The notes under the pieces were generated by a model. It searched no databases. It worked only from the letters and a program-made list of their open reading frames with translations, and was not told the DNA's origin. From an uncultured Acetobacteraceae bacterium (lineage in GTDB: Bacteria > Pseudomonadota > Alphaproteobacteria > Acetobacterales > Acetobacteraceae), in NCBI GenBank assembly GCA_964236315.1, contig CAXSER010000001.1, forward strand, positions 1-43,453: a stretch of DNA of 43,453 nt. Reading direction: 5' to 3'. Below, piece after piece: positions 9,647 through 18,386 of this stretch. Both the position numbers and the translations under genes were made by a program. Within the stretch, counting starts at the first letter, position 1, and every line of letters begins with the position of its first letter.

Positions 9647-10363
9647 TCAGACCGGGGCGGGCAGGCCGAGCGGGTCCAGCCGGTAGCCGCCGCCTTCGGT
9701 CACGAGCAGCCGTGCGTTGGACGGGTCGGGCTCGATCTTCTGGCGCAGTCGGTAGATGTGGGTCTCGAGCGTGTGGGTCGTCACGGCGGCGTTGTAGCCC
9801 CAGACCTCGTTGAGCAGGATCTGCCGCGGCACCGGCTTTGTGCCGGCGCGGTAGAGGAACTTCAGGATCGCGGCCTCCTTCTCAGTAAGGCGGATGCGTC
9901 GGTTGCGCGGCGGCTCCTGCAGCAGCTTGGCGCTCGGGCGAAAGGTGTAGGGCCCGATGGTGAATACCGCGTCCTCGCTGTTCTCAAAGATGCGCAGCTG
10001 GGCCCGCAGTCGGGCGAGCAGCTCGTTCAGCCTGAACGGCTTGGCGATGTAGTCGTTGGCGCCGGAGTCCAGGCCGCGCACCACGTCCGCCTCGTCGTCG
10101 GAGCCGGTGAGCATGATGATGGGCATGCGCTGGCCCTGGCGGCGCAGATCGGCGCACAGGTCGCGGCCGTCGCCGTCGGGCAGGCCGACGTCCAGGATGA
10201 GGGCGTCGAAGCGTGCGCCCTGCGCCGTGACCAGGGCGGAGGCTTCCGCAAGGCTGGATGCCTCGGAGGCGGCGAACTCGCCGTCCTGCTGGAGCTGGCT
10301 GACGAGTTCCTCCCGCAGGACGCGATCATCGTCGACGATCAGAACAGGACGCTCGGCCACCAT
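9647..10363 (-). CDS. OmpR/PhoB-family response regulator (no kinase gene adjacent)
   Basis: Receiver 'VLIVDDD…DALILDVGLPDGDG…MPIIMLTG…DDYIAKPF'. Winged-helix C-terminus '…LTEKEAAILKFLY…THTLETHIYRLRQKIE'. GGAGAA lies upstream of the ATG at 10363. Confidence 0.85.
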   Translation of the reverse strand: MVAERPVLIVDDDRVLREELVSQLQQDGEFAASEASSLAEASALVTAQGARFDALILDVGLPDGDGRDLCADLRRQGQRMPIIMLTGSDDEADVVRGLDSGANDYIAKPFRLNELLARLRAQLRIFENSEDAVFTIGPYTFRPSAKLLQEPPRNRRIRLTEKEAAILKFLYRAGTKPVPRQILLNEVWGYNAAVTTHTLETHIYRLRQKIEPDPSNARLLVTEGGGYRLDPLGLPAPV

Positions 10364-10631
10364 GGTCTTTCTCCAAATGACGCCTCCAGCAGGGATGGCC
10401 GGGGGGAGGGCGGTCGTGCCCCTTTCGAGGCAGGCGAGTGGCCTCGTGGCTGCCGGTGCCTTGCGGGCACCAGCAGCCCGACAGGGACTCGCACGGATTC
10501 GAGAGCCAAACGCGACATGCCGGTGTCGGTTCATTGCCCGTCGGCAGAGCATAGCTTGTTTGCCGGCCGAAGCATCCGACCTTATCAACCCGTCAGCCCT
10601 CCGTGCTGAGCGAGTTCGCGATGTGCCGTTC

Positions 10632-11807
10632 ATGACCGATGCCACCGATCCCCTCGTGCCGCCCGCCCCGGAGATGGCGTTCTCCGCCGCGGCGGCCACG
10701 GCGCGGGTGGAGCCGGTCGCGGCCGCGGGTCCGGGCCTTTCCTTCCGCCAGGTGCATCGCGCGATCGCCGAGCTGCGGCGCGGCGTGCCGGTGATTGTGG
10801 AGGGCGACGGCCCGCTGCTGGTCCTGGCGGCGGAAGGTGCGTCGATGGCGGGGTTGCGGGAGATGGCGGCGCTGGCGGCAGACGACGGCTGCCTGGTGCT
10901 GGCCGGCCGTCGCGCCGCCGACATTTCCGGACGTTCCGTGCTCGACGAGGCGCTGCTTGCCTTCTCTCTGCCCGACGGCAGCCTCGACCCCGGCAGGATC
11001 CGCGGCATCGCCGACCCCACGGCGGAGCAGCTCGCGGCGGAGCCCCTGGTCGAGGTGGGGCTGCCAGGGCTGGCCGGCGCCGGGCTACTGCTGGCCAAGC
11101 TGGCAAGGCTGCTGCCGGCCGTGGTGGCGGCGCCGCTGGGAGCGGTCGGGGCAGGAGCCTCCGCGCTGGTCCGCGTGTCGGCGTCCGACATCCTGCACTA
11201 CCCGCTGGAGTCGGCGTCGCGGCTGGTGCGGGTGGCCGAGGCGCAGGTGCCGCTCGAGGACGCGCCCGATGCGCGCCTGGTGGCGTTCCGCTCGCCCGAT
11301 GCCGGCATCGAGCACCTCGCGCTGCTGGTGGGGCGGCCCGAGGAAACCGAGGCGCCGCTGGTGCGCCTGCATTCTGAGTGCTTCACCGGCGACTTCCTGG
11401 GCAGCCTGCGCTGCGACTGCGGGCCGCAGCTGCGCGGGGCGATCCAGCGCATGGCGGCGGAGGGAAGCGGGGTGCTGCTCTATCTCGCCCAGGAGGGGCG
11501 CGGGATCGGGCTCGTCAACAAGCTTCGGGCGTATGCGCTGCAGGACCGTGGGCTGGACACGCTGGACGCCAACCTGGCGCTGGGCTGGGGGGTGGACGAG
11601 CGGAGCTTCCTGGCGGCGGCGACGATGCTGGAGGCGCTGGGCGTACGACGCATCCGCCTGCTGACCAACAACCCGGCCAAGGTCGCGGCTCTGCAGGCCT
11701 GCGGGATCACCGTATCCTCACGGCTGAGCCACCTGGTCGCAGCCAACGGGGTGGACGACGGCTACCTTGCTGCCAAGGTGCAGCGGCTCGGGCATCTTCC
11801 AGGCTGA
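10632..11807 (+). CDS. ribA: GTP cyclohydrolase II with N-terminal extension domain
   Basis: 'LVRLHSECFTGDFLGSLRCDCGPQL…LYLAQEGRGIGLVNKLRAYALQDRGLDTLDANLALG…RIRLLTNNPAKV'. Confidence 0.88.
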   Translation: MTDATDPLVPPAPEMAFSAAAATARVEPVAAAGPGLSFRQVHRAIAELRRGVPVIVEGDGPLLVLAAEGASMAGLREMAALAADDGCLVLAGRRAADISGRSVLDEALLAFSLPDGSLDPGRIRGIADPTAEQLAAEPLVEVGLPGLAGAGLLLAKLARLLPAVVAAPLGAVGAGASALVRVSASDILHYPLESASRLVRVAEAQVPLEDAPDARLVAFRSPDAGIEHLALLVGRPEETEAPLVRLHSECFTGDFLGSLRCDCGPQLRGAIQRMAAEGSGVLLYLAQEGRGIGLVNKLRAYALQDRGLDTLDANLALGWGVDERSFLAAATMLEALGVRRIRLLTNNPAKVAALQACGITVSSRLSHLVAANGVDDGYLAAKVQRLGHLPG

Positions 11808-11850
11808 CGGGAGCTGGCGGCAAGGGGCGGGCTTGGCCGGGGGGGAGCCG

Positions 11851-12363
11851 ATGCTGGCGGTCGTGGAGCGGTTCGGCGGGTCGGCTGTCCTGCAGGCCAG
11901 GGGGATCAGGGTCCCGATCGCCCTGGGACGTGGCGGGGCGGGCAACGACAAGCGCGAGGGGGACGGCATGACGCCGCTGGGCATCCTGCCGCTGCGGCGG
12001 GTCCTGGTTCGCGCCGACCGGCTTGGGGCCAGGGAGCTGCCTGCGCTGGCCGATGGCGTCGGAGGCGGGCGGATCGCCCCGCTCGACGGCTGGTGCGACG
12101 ATCCCGGGCACGTCGACTACAACATCGCCGTGACGCTGCCGCACGCCGGGCGCCACGAGCGGCTCTGGCGGGAGGACGGGGTCTACGACATCGTCGGCGT
12201 TCTCGGCTGGAACGACGCCCCGGTGGTGCGCGGGCGCGGTTCGGCGATCTTCCTGCACGTCGCCGGCCCTGAGTTCGGGCCGACGGAGGGGTGCATCGCC
12301 ATGGCGCGGGCCGATCTCGTGTCGCTGCTCAGCGCCGGGCTGACCGGGATCAGGGTGGTCTGA
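11851..12363 (+). CDS. L,D-transpeptidase (YkuD) family protein
   Basis: Catalytic motif 'GSAIFLHVAGPEFGPTEGCIAM' (His … Gly-Cys). GGGGGAG precedes the ATG at 11851. Confidence 0.7.
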   Translation: MLAVVERFGGSAVLQARGIRVPIALGRGGAGNDKREGDGMTPLGILPLRRVLVRADRLGARELPALADGVGGGRIAPLDGWCDDPGHVDYNIAVTLPHAGRHERLWREDGVYDIVGVLGWNDAPVVRGRGSAIFLHVAGPEFGPTEGCIAMARADLVSLLSAGLTGIRVV

Positions 12364-12491
12364 CGCATGGCCGGGACGCGAAGGTCGCGTGGCGCGGGCA
12401 GGGACCGGTGAACCACGTTGTGCTTGCGCCTTCGGTTGTTCACAACATCTAACGGCACTGGCGCCGACGCGACGGCGGCCGCGAGGAAGAC

Positions 12492-13448
12492 ATGATGGAC
12501 CTGATCATCGGGCAAACGCCCAAGGCAGAACCGACGCTGCAGGACACCGCCGGTCGCGACGTGGTCATCCTCGATGGCGACCAGCAGAGCTTCATGGCGG
12601 ACGTGATCGAGGCGTCGCGCACCGTGCCGGTCCTGGTGGATTTCTGGGCGACCTGGTGCGGTCCGTGCAAGCAGCTGACCCCGGCGCTGGAGCGGGTGAC
12701 GCGCGCGGCCGGCGGGCGGGTGCGGCTCGTCAAGATCGACATCGACAAGAACCGCTCGCTCGTCGCGCAGCTGAGCCAGCTGGGCCTGCCGCTGCAGTCG
12801 GTGCCCACGGTGGCGGCGTTCTGGCAGGGGCAGATTGCAGACCTGTTCCAGGGCGCGCTGCCGGAGTCCGAGATCAAGCGTTTCGTCGAGGCTCTGCTGA
12901 AGCTGGCCGGGGGCAGCATGCCGTCGGCCGATCTCCTGGCGGAGGCTAGGGCGGCGATGGAGGACGGGCAGGCCGAACTGGCCGCGGATGCGTTCAGCGC
13001 GCTGATCCAGGAGGAGCCGGAGAACGCCGAGGCCTGGGGCGGTCTGGTCCGGGCGCTGATGGCGCTGGGTCAGGACGAGGAGGCCGAGGCGGCGCTCGCG
13101 CAGGTGCCGCCGGCGGTTGCCGGGCACGCCGAGGTCGTGGGGGCGGCCAGCGCACTGGCCCTCGCCAGGGAGGGCCGCGCGGCGGCCCTGCAGCTCGGCG
13201 AGTTCGAGGCGCGGCTGCGCGCCGATCCGGACGACCACGCCGCGCGCCACGACCTTGCGACGGCGCTGAACGGGATGGATCGCCGCAGCGAGGCCAGCGA
13301 GGCACTGCTGGAGATCGTCAGGCGTGACCGGTCGTGGAACGAGGATGGCGGCCGGCGTCAGCTGCTGAAGTTCTTCGAGGCGTGGGGGTTCGACGATCCT
13401 GCGACGCTGTCGGCGCGGCGCAGGCTGTCGGCACTGCTGTTCAGCTGA
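12492..13448 (+). CDS. Thioredoxin-domain plus TPR co-chaperone (YbbN/CnoX-like)
   Basis: 'VLVDFWATWCGPCKQL' thioredoxin motif, followed by an Ala/Glu-rich TPR-like C-terminal half. Confidence 0.85.
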   Translation: MMDLIIGQTPKAEPTLQDTAGRDVVILDGDQQSFMADVIEASRTVPVLVDFWATWCGPCKQLTPALERVTRAAGGRVRLVKIDIDKNRSLVAQLSQLGLPLQSVPTVAAFWQGQIADLFQGALPESEIKRFVEALLKLAGGSMPSADLLAEARAAMEDGQAELAADAFSALIQEEPENAEAWGGLVRALMALGQDEEAEAALAQVPPAVAGHAEVVGAASALALAREGRAAALQLGEFEARLRADPDDHAARHDLATALNGMDRRSEASEALLEIVRRDRSWNEDGGRRQLLKFFEAWGFDDPATLSARRRLSALLFS

Positions 13449-13455
13449 TCCAGGG

Positions 13456-14109
13456 ATGGATATGACCGTCTCGCGCGAGGACTATCCGGAACAGCTCGCG
13501 ATCTTCCCCTTGAACGGTGCCCTGCTGCTGCCTGGGGGTCGCCTGCCGCTGCACATCTTCGAGCCGCGCTATGTCGCCATGGTCGAGGACGCGCTGGCCA
13601 CGGGACGCGCCTTCGGCATGATCCAGGAGGATCGTGTCGGAGCCGACGAGGATTGGAGCCTTTACCGGGTGGGATGTCTCGGTCGCATCTCCTCGTTCAG
13701 CGAGACCGAGGATGGCCGGTATCTGGTGACGCTGACCGGCGTGATCCGCTTCGACGTGGTGCGCGAGCTGCTCTCGCACCGGGGCTACCGCCGTGTGGTC
13801 GCCGACTACAGCAGGTTCGCGGGTGACGTGGCGGGTGACATGCAGGCCGACGTCCTGTCCGGCCGCGAGGATCTTCTGGGTGCGTTGCGGGCGTATTTCC
13901 AGTTTCGTGGCTTCGAGGCGAACTGGGATGCGATCGAGCAGATGCCGGACGATATGCTGGTGGTGACGCTGGCGATGGTGTGCCCGTTCGAGCCCGCCGA
14001 GAAGCAGGCTCTGCTTGAGGCCTCCACCCCGGCGGACCGGGCGCAGGCGTTGCTGGCCCTGCTGACGATGGGAGCACACGAGAATGGCGATGCCCAGCTT
14101 CGAAGCTGA
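13456..14109 (+). CDS. LON N-terminal substrate-binding domain protein
   Basis: '[34 protein letters not shown]' is the classic Lon N-domain opening. Confidence 0.8.
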   Translation: MDMTVSREDYPEQLAIFPLNGALLLPGGRLPLHIFEPRYVAMVEDALATGRAFGMIQEDRVGADEDWSLYRVGCLGRISSFSETEDGRYLVTLTGVIRFDVVRELLSHRGYRRVVADYSRFAGDVAGDMQADVLSGREDLLGALRAYFQFRGFEANWDAIEQMPDDMLVVTLAMVCPFEPAEKQALLEASTPADRAQALLALLTMGAHENGDAQLRS

Positions 14110-14116
14110 AGGCGGC

Positions 14117-14293
14117 ATGCTCGACGGGCTTGACCCGCGGCTGCTGGAGATTCTGGTGTGTCCGGTGACGCGGTCCGCGCTGGAGTACGACCGTGGGGCG
14201 GGCGAGCTGATCAGCCGGGCGGCAGGCCTCGCATTCCCGATTCGTGACGGCATCCCGATCATGCTGCCCGACGAAGCTCGGGTGCTGGACTAG
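14117..14293 (+). CDS. Trm112-family small protein
   Basis: '[17 protein letters not shown]…[17 protein letters not shown]'. The ATG at 14117 avoids overlap with the preceding gene; the track ORF starts at 14084. Confidence 0.8.
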   Translation: MLDGLDPRLLEILVCPVTRSALEYDRGAGELISRAAGLAFPIRDGIPIMLPDEARVLD

Positions 14294-14294
14294 C

Positions 14295-14648
14295 ATGGCG
14301 GTCCCGCTGGAAATCCGTCTGGTCAAGGCAGACCGGACGCTGCACGTGTCGTTCGACGACGGCAACCGTTTTGCCTTCCCGGCAGAGTATCTGCGGGTTG
14401 AGAGTCCCAGTGCGGAAGTCCAGGGACACGGGCCGTCCCAGCGCGTCACTGTTCCCGGCCGCCGCCACGTCGGCATCATGTCGATAGAGCCGGTCGGCCA
14501 CTACGCCGTCCGGCTGCTGTTCGACGACATGCATGACACCGGGATCTTCTCCTGGGATTACCTGCACCAGATCGGGATCGAGCAGGTAAGCCGGTGGCGC
14601 GACTATCTGGACGCACTGGCGGAGAAGGGCCTGAGCCGGGATCCCTGA
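14295..14648 (+). CDS. DUF971 (gamma-butyrobetaine hydroxylase N-terminal-like) protein
   Basis: '…FPAEYLRVESPSAEVQGHG…GHYAVRLLFDDMHDTGIFSWDYL'. The ATG is 1 nt after the Trm112 stop. Confidence 0.7.
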   Translation: MAVPLEIRLVKADRTLHVSFDDGNRFAFPAEYLRVESPSAEVQGHGPSQRVTVPGRRHVGIMSIEPVGHYAVRLLFDDMHDTGIFSWDYLHQIGIEQVSRWRDYLDALAEKGLSRDP

Positions 14649-14926
14649 CCGGCTCCGCGGGTGATGGCCGGCGGGCCCTGGCTGCGTGCGGCGCAGCGAT
14701 CGCGGCCGGCATCCGTGCTGTCGTGCGTTTGGTGCCAGGCCGAACAAGGACAGGTCGGCAGCGTGGCTGCTTGCCCAAACATGGCACCAGACGTTATCCA
14801 CTTCGTTAGTAAGACTGACGTGCTCGTTCCGACATGCGACGCGTTGTGGACGCAAATCATCCGCGCCGAACCACCCCATGCGGATTGCCTGCGGGCGTGG
14901 CGCGCGATCTGTCCGGGGGATCAACC

Positions 14927-17900
14927 ATGCCGACCATTCAACAGCTGCCCGCCGCGGTCCAGCCGAGCGCGGATGACGAGCTGCCGGTGAGCCAGGGCGG
15001 CGTGACCCGGGCCGTCTCGGTGGGCGAGCTGCTCGCGGCGACGCAGGCCGCGATCACAACCGCGAGCAACACACTGCTGGGCCGTGTCTCGCTGGGGCCT
15101 GGCGGTCCGGAGCCGGTGCCGATGGGGCCGGGGGTGGCGATCAGCAGCGGGGCGCTGAGCGCGAACGGAGGCGACCACGCCGGGTTCGTGCAGCGCGCCG
15201 TGCTGACGCTGAGCGATGAGATCGTGCTGAACAGCTCGGGCACGCCGTCACGCATGCCCCTGCCGATGCTGCGCGGCCTGTTCGCCGCCGGCACGAACGT
15301 CAGCATCGACGGGTCGGGCATGATCTCCGCCACGACCGACCCGGCCATCGTCGCGACCCTGGGCACGGTGGGCGCGCAGGCGACGGCGGCACAGAGCGCG
15401 TCCGGTTCGGCGACGGCCGCGGCAGGAACGCTGGCTGCCACGGTGTCCACGCTGGGCAGCCAGGTCGGGACCCTCGCAGGCACGGTGGCGCCGCTGGGCG
15501 GGCAGATCGGCACGCTGTCGGCGACGGTGTCCTCCGTCGGGATCACGGTCGCGGGGCAGACGGCGCAGCTCGGCACGCTGAGCGCCGGGGTGTCGGCGGC
15601 TGGCAGCTTGGCGGCGGCGGCGTCGAGTGCCGCGACCTCGGCAGGCAGCTCCGTGTCCACGCTGGGCAGCACGGTGGGGACGCTGTCGAGCGTGGTGGCG
15701 CCGCTGAGCGGGCAGATCGGCACGCTGTCGGCGACGGTGTCCTCGGTCGGGAGCACGGTCGCCGGGCAGGCGGCGCAGCTCGGCACGCTGAGCGCCGGGG
15801 TGTCGGCGGCTGGCAGCTTGGCGGCGGCGGCGTCGAGTGCCGCGACCTCGGCAGGCAGCTCCGTGTCCACGCTGGGCAGCACGGTGGGGACGCTGTCGAG
15901 CGTGGTGGCGCCGCTGAGCGGGCAGATCGGCACGCTGTCGGCGACGGTGTCCTCGGTCGGGAGCACGGTGGCGGCGCAGTCGGCGCAGCTGGGGACGCTC
16001 GGCACGAACGTGTCCGCGGCGGGCAGCCTGGCGGTGGCGGCATCGAGTGCGGCGGCGTCGGCGGGCAGCTCCGTGTCCACGCTGGGCAGCCAGGTGGGGA
16101 CGCTGTCGAGCGCGGTGGCGAGCGGCGTCATCGCGGCGTCGAGCACGTCGGGCTCGACGACCACGCTGACCAACGCATCGGGCGGGACGATCGTGACGAT
16201 CGTGGCGCCGGCCGGGCCGCCGGGGACGCTGGGCAACGGTTCGGTGCGGGCGAACACGGCCTCCGGGGTCATGGGCGGACCGGAGCGTACGCTGCAGGCG
16301 ATCCACAGCGACCGCCTGCGGCTGAGAATGTTCGGGGCGCAGCAGAACGGCACCACGGCGCAGGGGCTGCTCGGCGTCACGACACGCGCGCAGCTGGCGG
16401 CGTGGACGAACTCGGCAGGGGGGAAGCCCTACGCCTTTGCTGCGACGCAGCCGTTCACCATGGGCGACGACTACTGGGTCAGGCTGCCGGCGTCGGTGGC
16501 GTCAGGGTCTACGGTGAACCTTGCGATCACGCTGACGCTGGGCTCGGCGGTGTACCAGGGGCAGGACGGCCACTGGTACCTGCCGGCGCCGAACGCGTCC
16601 TCGACCTACTACGACGACATGGTGGTGACCGGGGGCAACCTGGCGTCGGGCACGAAGGTGGTGGCGACCCAGGGTGCGACGATCCGCATCACCGACCAGC
16701 CGGCGGGGACGCAGGTGCCCTCGGGCACCGTGCTGACGATCGGCGCGGACATGAGCCGCGTGAAGGTCGGGCAGCAGGTCTGGGCGACCAAGGGGCTGGC
16801 GCCGCTGTCCACGATCACGCAGGTGTCGGGCACCACGGTCACGCTGAGCGCGGCGCTGGCCTCGGGCGGGCTGTTCACGCTGCAGACGCTCAACATCTAC
16901 ACGCCGATGGCAGAGAACACGCTGACGAACAGCGTGACGATGGACCTGCTGGCGTTCTGCGCGGCGTACTACGCGGCGCCGTATGGCGGGTCCGTGGAGT
17001 GCGACCCGGGCGGCTACATCTTCAGCCCGCACGCCATCCTGGGAGGCGGCAACGTCAAGTTCCTCGGCGCGGGGCGGCACTGCTGCACCATCAGCGGCAC
17101 CGACAATGCGCCGCTGATCAAGATGTTCCCGCAGGCGGGCGCGGAGACCGGCATGACCGGGCTGAACTTCGGCAACTACAACGGGCTGATGCAGAGCTTC
17201 GTCGAGATCGACGGCGGCGGTTTCGGCGCGGTGGCACCCAACGGCGCCGGGTGCGGGGCCGTGCTCGACGACATCTCGGGCAACTGCAGCCCCGGCCCGA
17301 TCGGAGCCTACGAGCTGATCCGGCTGCGCAACCTGGGCAACGTCAGGTTCGACAACATCGACTTCATCGGGCTGGGCAAGACCACCGTGGGCACGTGCAC
17401 GCTCAACATCGGCAGCGTCATCCTGATGATCTCGCGCAACATCACCTCGCACTACTGCTGGAGGGCGGCGATCCAGCAGGGCTACATCGAGGACCCGATC
17501 TGCGAGCACTGGGCCCAGGACCAGTGCGGCGGCGCCTGGGACGCCAGCCGGGCCAACGTGTTCAACGGCCTGTGCGGGCTGCTGTTCAAGTGGGTCGGCG
17601 GCGACAACGACATCACCGACTTCATCCTCAACCTGCCGTCGTTCCTCAACGTCAACATCTCCGACGCCTGCGTGATCTTCAACGGGCAGAACGGCGGCGC
17701 CTGCTACATCCTGGCCGGGTGCCAGACCGGGGTGATCTCCGGGGTGCAGGGCGGCACGGCGGCGCCGGGGGTGGTGGACTGCATCCACCTGACCAGCGCC
17801 ATGGTCGACGGGGGCTACTACCCGACCACGCAGATCCTGGTGACCGGAGTTGCGGTCAGCGGGTTCGACTGCGCGGTGCGCATCGACAAGGGGTGCAGCG

Positions 17901-18025
17901 GCAACGACGTCACCGCGACGCTGTGGAGCAGCGGGGCGGGCAGCACCAACGGCATCTCGCCCACCCCGGTGATCGACAGCGACGGGCGCAACCGGATCAA
18001 CGGCGTGATGGGAACGGCCCACTGA
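14927..18025 (+). CDS. Large phage tail-fibre/tailspike-like protein: N-terminal anchor-like region, repeat-built coiled-coil stalk, Cys-rich C-terminal half (possibly beta-helical)
   Basis: GGGGGA lies 7 nt before the ATG at 14927. The N-terminus 'MPTIQQLPAAVQPSADDELPVSQGGVTRAVSVGELLAAT' carries no signal peptide. Residues ~176-400 are 70-aa repeats with a clean heptad a/d pattern. The C-terminal ~450 aa is Gly/Asn/Cys-rich with about 20 Cys. Two strong hairpins follow the stop. Confidence 0.7.
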   Translation: MPTIQQLPAAVQPSADDELPVSQGGVTRAVSVGELLAATQAAITTASNTLLGRVSLGPGGPEPVPMGPGVAISSGALSANGGDHAGFVQRAVLTLSDEIVLNSSGTPSRMPLPMLRGLFAAGTNVSIDGSGMISATTDPAIVATLGTVGAQATAAQSASGSATAAAGTLAATVSTLGSQVGTLAGTVAPLGGQIGTLSATVSSVGITVAGQTAQLGTLSAGVSAAGSLAAAASSAATSAGSSVSTLGSTVGTLSSVVAPLSGQIGTLSATVSSVGSTVAGQAAQLGTLSAGVSAAGSLAAAASSAATSAGSSVSTLGSTVGTLSSVVAPLSGQIGTLSATVSSVGSTVAAQSAQLGTLGTNVSAAGSLAVAASSAAASAGSSVSTLGSQVGTLSSAVASGVIAASSTSGSTTTLTNASGGTIVTIVAPAGPPGTLGNGSVRANTASGVMGGPERTLQAIHSDRLRLRMFGAQQNGTTAQGLLGVTTRAQLAAWTNSAGGKPYAFAATQPFTMGDDYWVRLPASVASGSTVNLAITLTLGSAVYQGQDGHWYLPAPNASSTYYDDMVVTGGNLASGTKVVATQGATIRITDQPAGTQVPSGTVLTIGADMSRVKVGQQVWATKGLAPLSTITQVSGTTVTLSAALASGGLFTLQTLNIYTPMAENTLTNSVTMDLLAFCAAYYAAPYGGSVECDPGGYIFSPHAILGGGNVKFLGAGRHCCTISGTDNAPLIKMFPQAGAETGMTGLNFGNYNGLMQSFVEIDGGGFGAVAPNGAGCGAVLDDISGNCSPGPIGAYELIRLRNLGNVRFDNIDFIGLGKTTVGTCTLNIGSVILMISRNITSHYCWRAAIQQGYIEDPICEHWAQDQCGGAWDASRANVFNGLCGLLFKWVGGDNDITDFILNLPSFLNVNISDACVIFNGQNGGACYILAGCQTGVISGVQGGTAAPGVVDCIHLTSAMVDGGYYPTTQILVTGVAVSGFDCAVRIDKGCSGNDVTATLWSSGAGSTNGISPTPVIDSDGRNRINGVMGTAH
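15452..16126 (+). repeat. In-frame tandem repeat, 210-bp unit x ~3.2 copies, inside the tail-fibre-like CDS
   Basis: Units start at 15452, 15662, 15872 and 16082. By eye, 15562-15759 is essentially identical to 15772-15969. Each unit encodes 70 aa, which is 10 heptads. Confidence 0.9.
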
Positions 18026-18028
18026 GCG

Positions 18029-18055
18029 GTCCGTCGGCGTGAGTCGCCGACGGAC
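18029..18055 (+). terminator. Stem-loop (11-bp perfect GC-rich stem) directly after the tail-fibre-like gene
   Basis: GTCCGTCGGCG-tgagt-CGCCGACGGAC begins 4 nt after the stop. No U-tract follows. Confidence 0.5.
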
Positions 18056-18063
18056 AACGTGCT

Positions 18064-18095
18064 CCCGGGCAGGGACAAATCGGTCCCTGCCCGGG
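18064..18095 (+). terminator. Second stem-loop (13-bp perfect stem)
   Basis: CCCGGGCAGGGAC-aaatcg-GTCCCTGCCCGGG. Tandem to the first hairpin. Confidence 0.5.
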
Positions 18096-18386
18096 GATGA
18101 CGGCGAAGAGCTTCGGTCAGGAAGGGTGGGCCATGCCCAGGCCCATGCCCGGGCTCGCGTAGGGTCTCGAGGCCCTCTGTTTCGCGATCAGGCCAGGATC
18201 TCCTGAGGCTGGCCCTGTGTGGAGGCCGAGGGCAGAGCCCCTGCCCCACCTCGCGCCTCCGTCCTGGGCGCGGTGATGCTTTGCAGGGCACAGGCGCGAT
18301 GTCCATCGCGCCGCGGATCGATGGTCTGGGGCGGGAGGCGTGCAACCTGCTTGCCTTGCGCTGGTCGGGACAGTACCCCTGGTCGA

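Noticed and set aside
10422-10505. FMN (RFN) riboswitch upstream of ribA. Fragments resemble the core: CTTTCG…AGGCAGG…, GCTGCCGGTG, CAGCAGCCCGACAGGGA, CACGGATTCGAGAG, with possible P1 pairing CUUUCG/CGAGAG.
   Set aside because: The stretch is only ~85 nt. It lacks the P4/P5 hairpin (GATCCGGTG…ATTCCGGAG) and the AGCCCGCGAGC block, so it cannot form the six-helix fold. It is either coincidence or a decayed remnant. cmsearch with RF00050 would settle this.
14794-14808. CtrA-box-like TTAT-N7-GTTA upstream of the fibre-like gene, which would fit GTA-type regulation
   Set aside because: Both half-sites deviate from TTAA-N7-TTAA(C). A match this weak is expected by chance in an AT-richer stretch. 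It should not be used as evidence without a genome-wide PWM scan.
15248-16380. Minus-strand ORFs (352, 480 and 166 aa) with strikingly repetitive peptides
   Set aside because: They are antisense translations of the 210-bp tandem repeats inside the fibre-like gene. The repetition comes from the repeat DNA, and they are Arg/Pro-rich shadows.
14649-18386. Prophage or genomic island around the fibre-like gene
   Set aside because: I could see no integrase, tRNA, att-like direct repeats or other virion genes. Only a single gene has phage character, so I describe it as an orphan module rather than a prophage.
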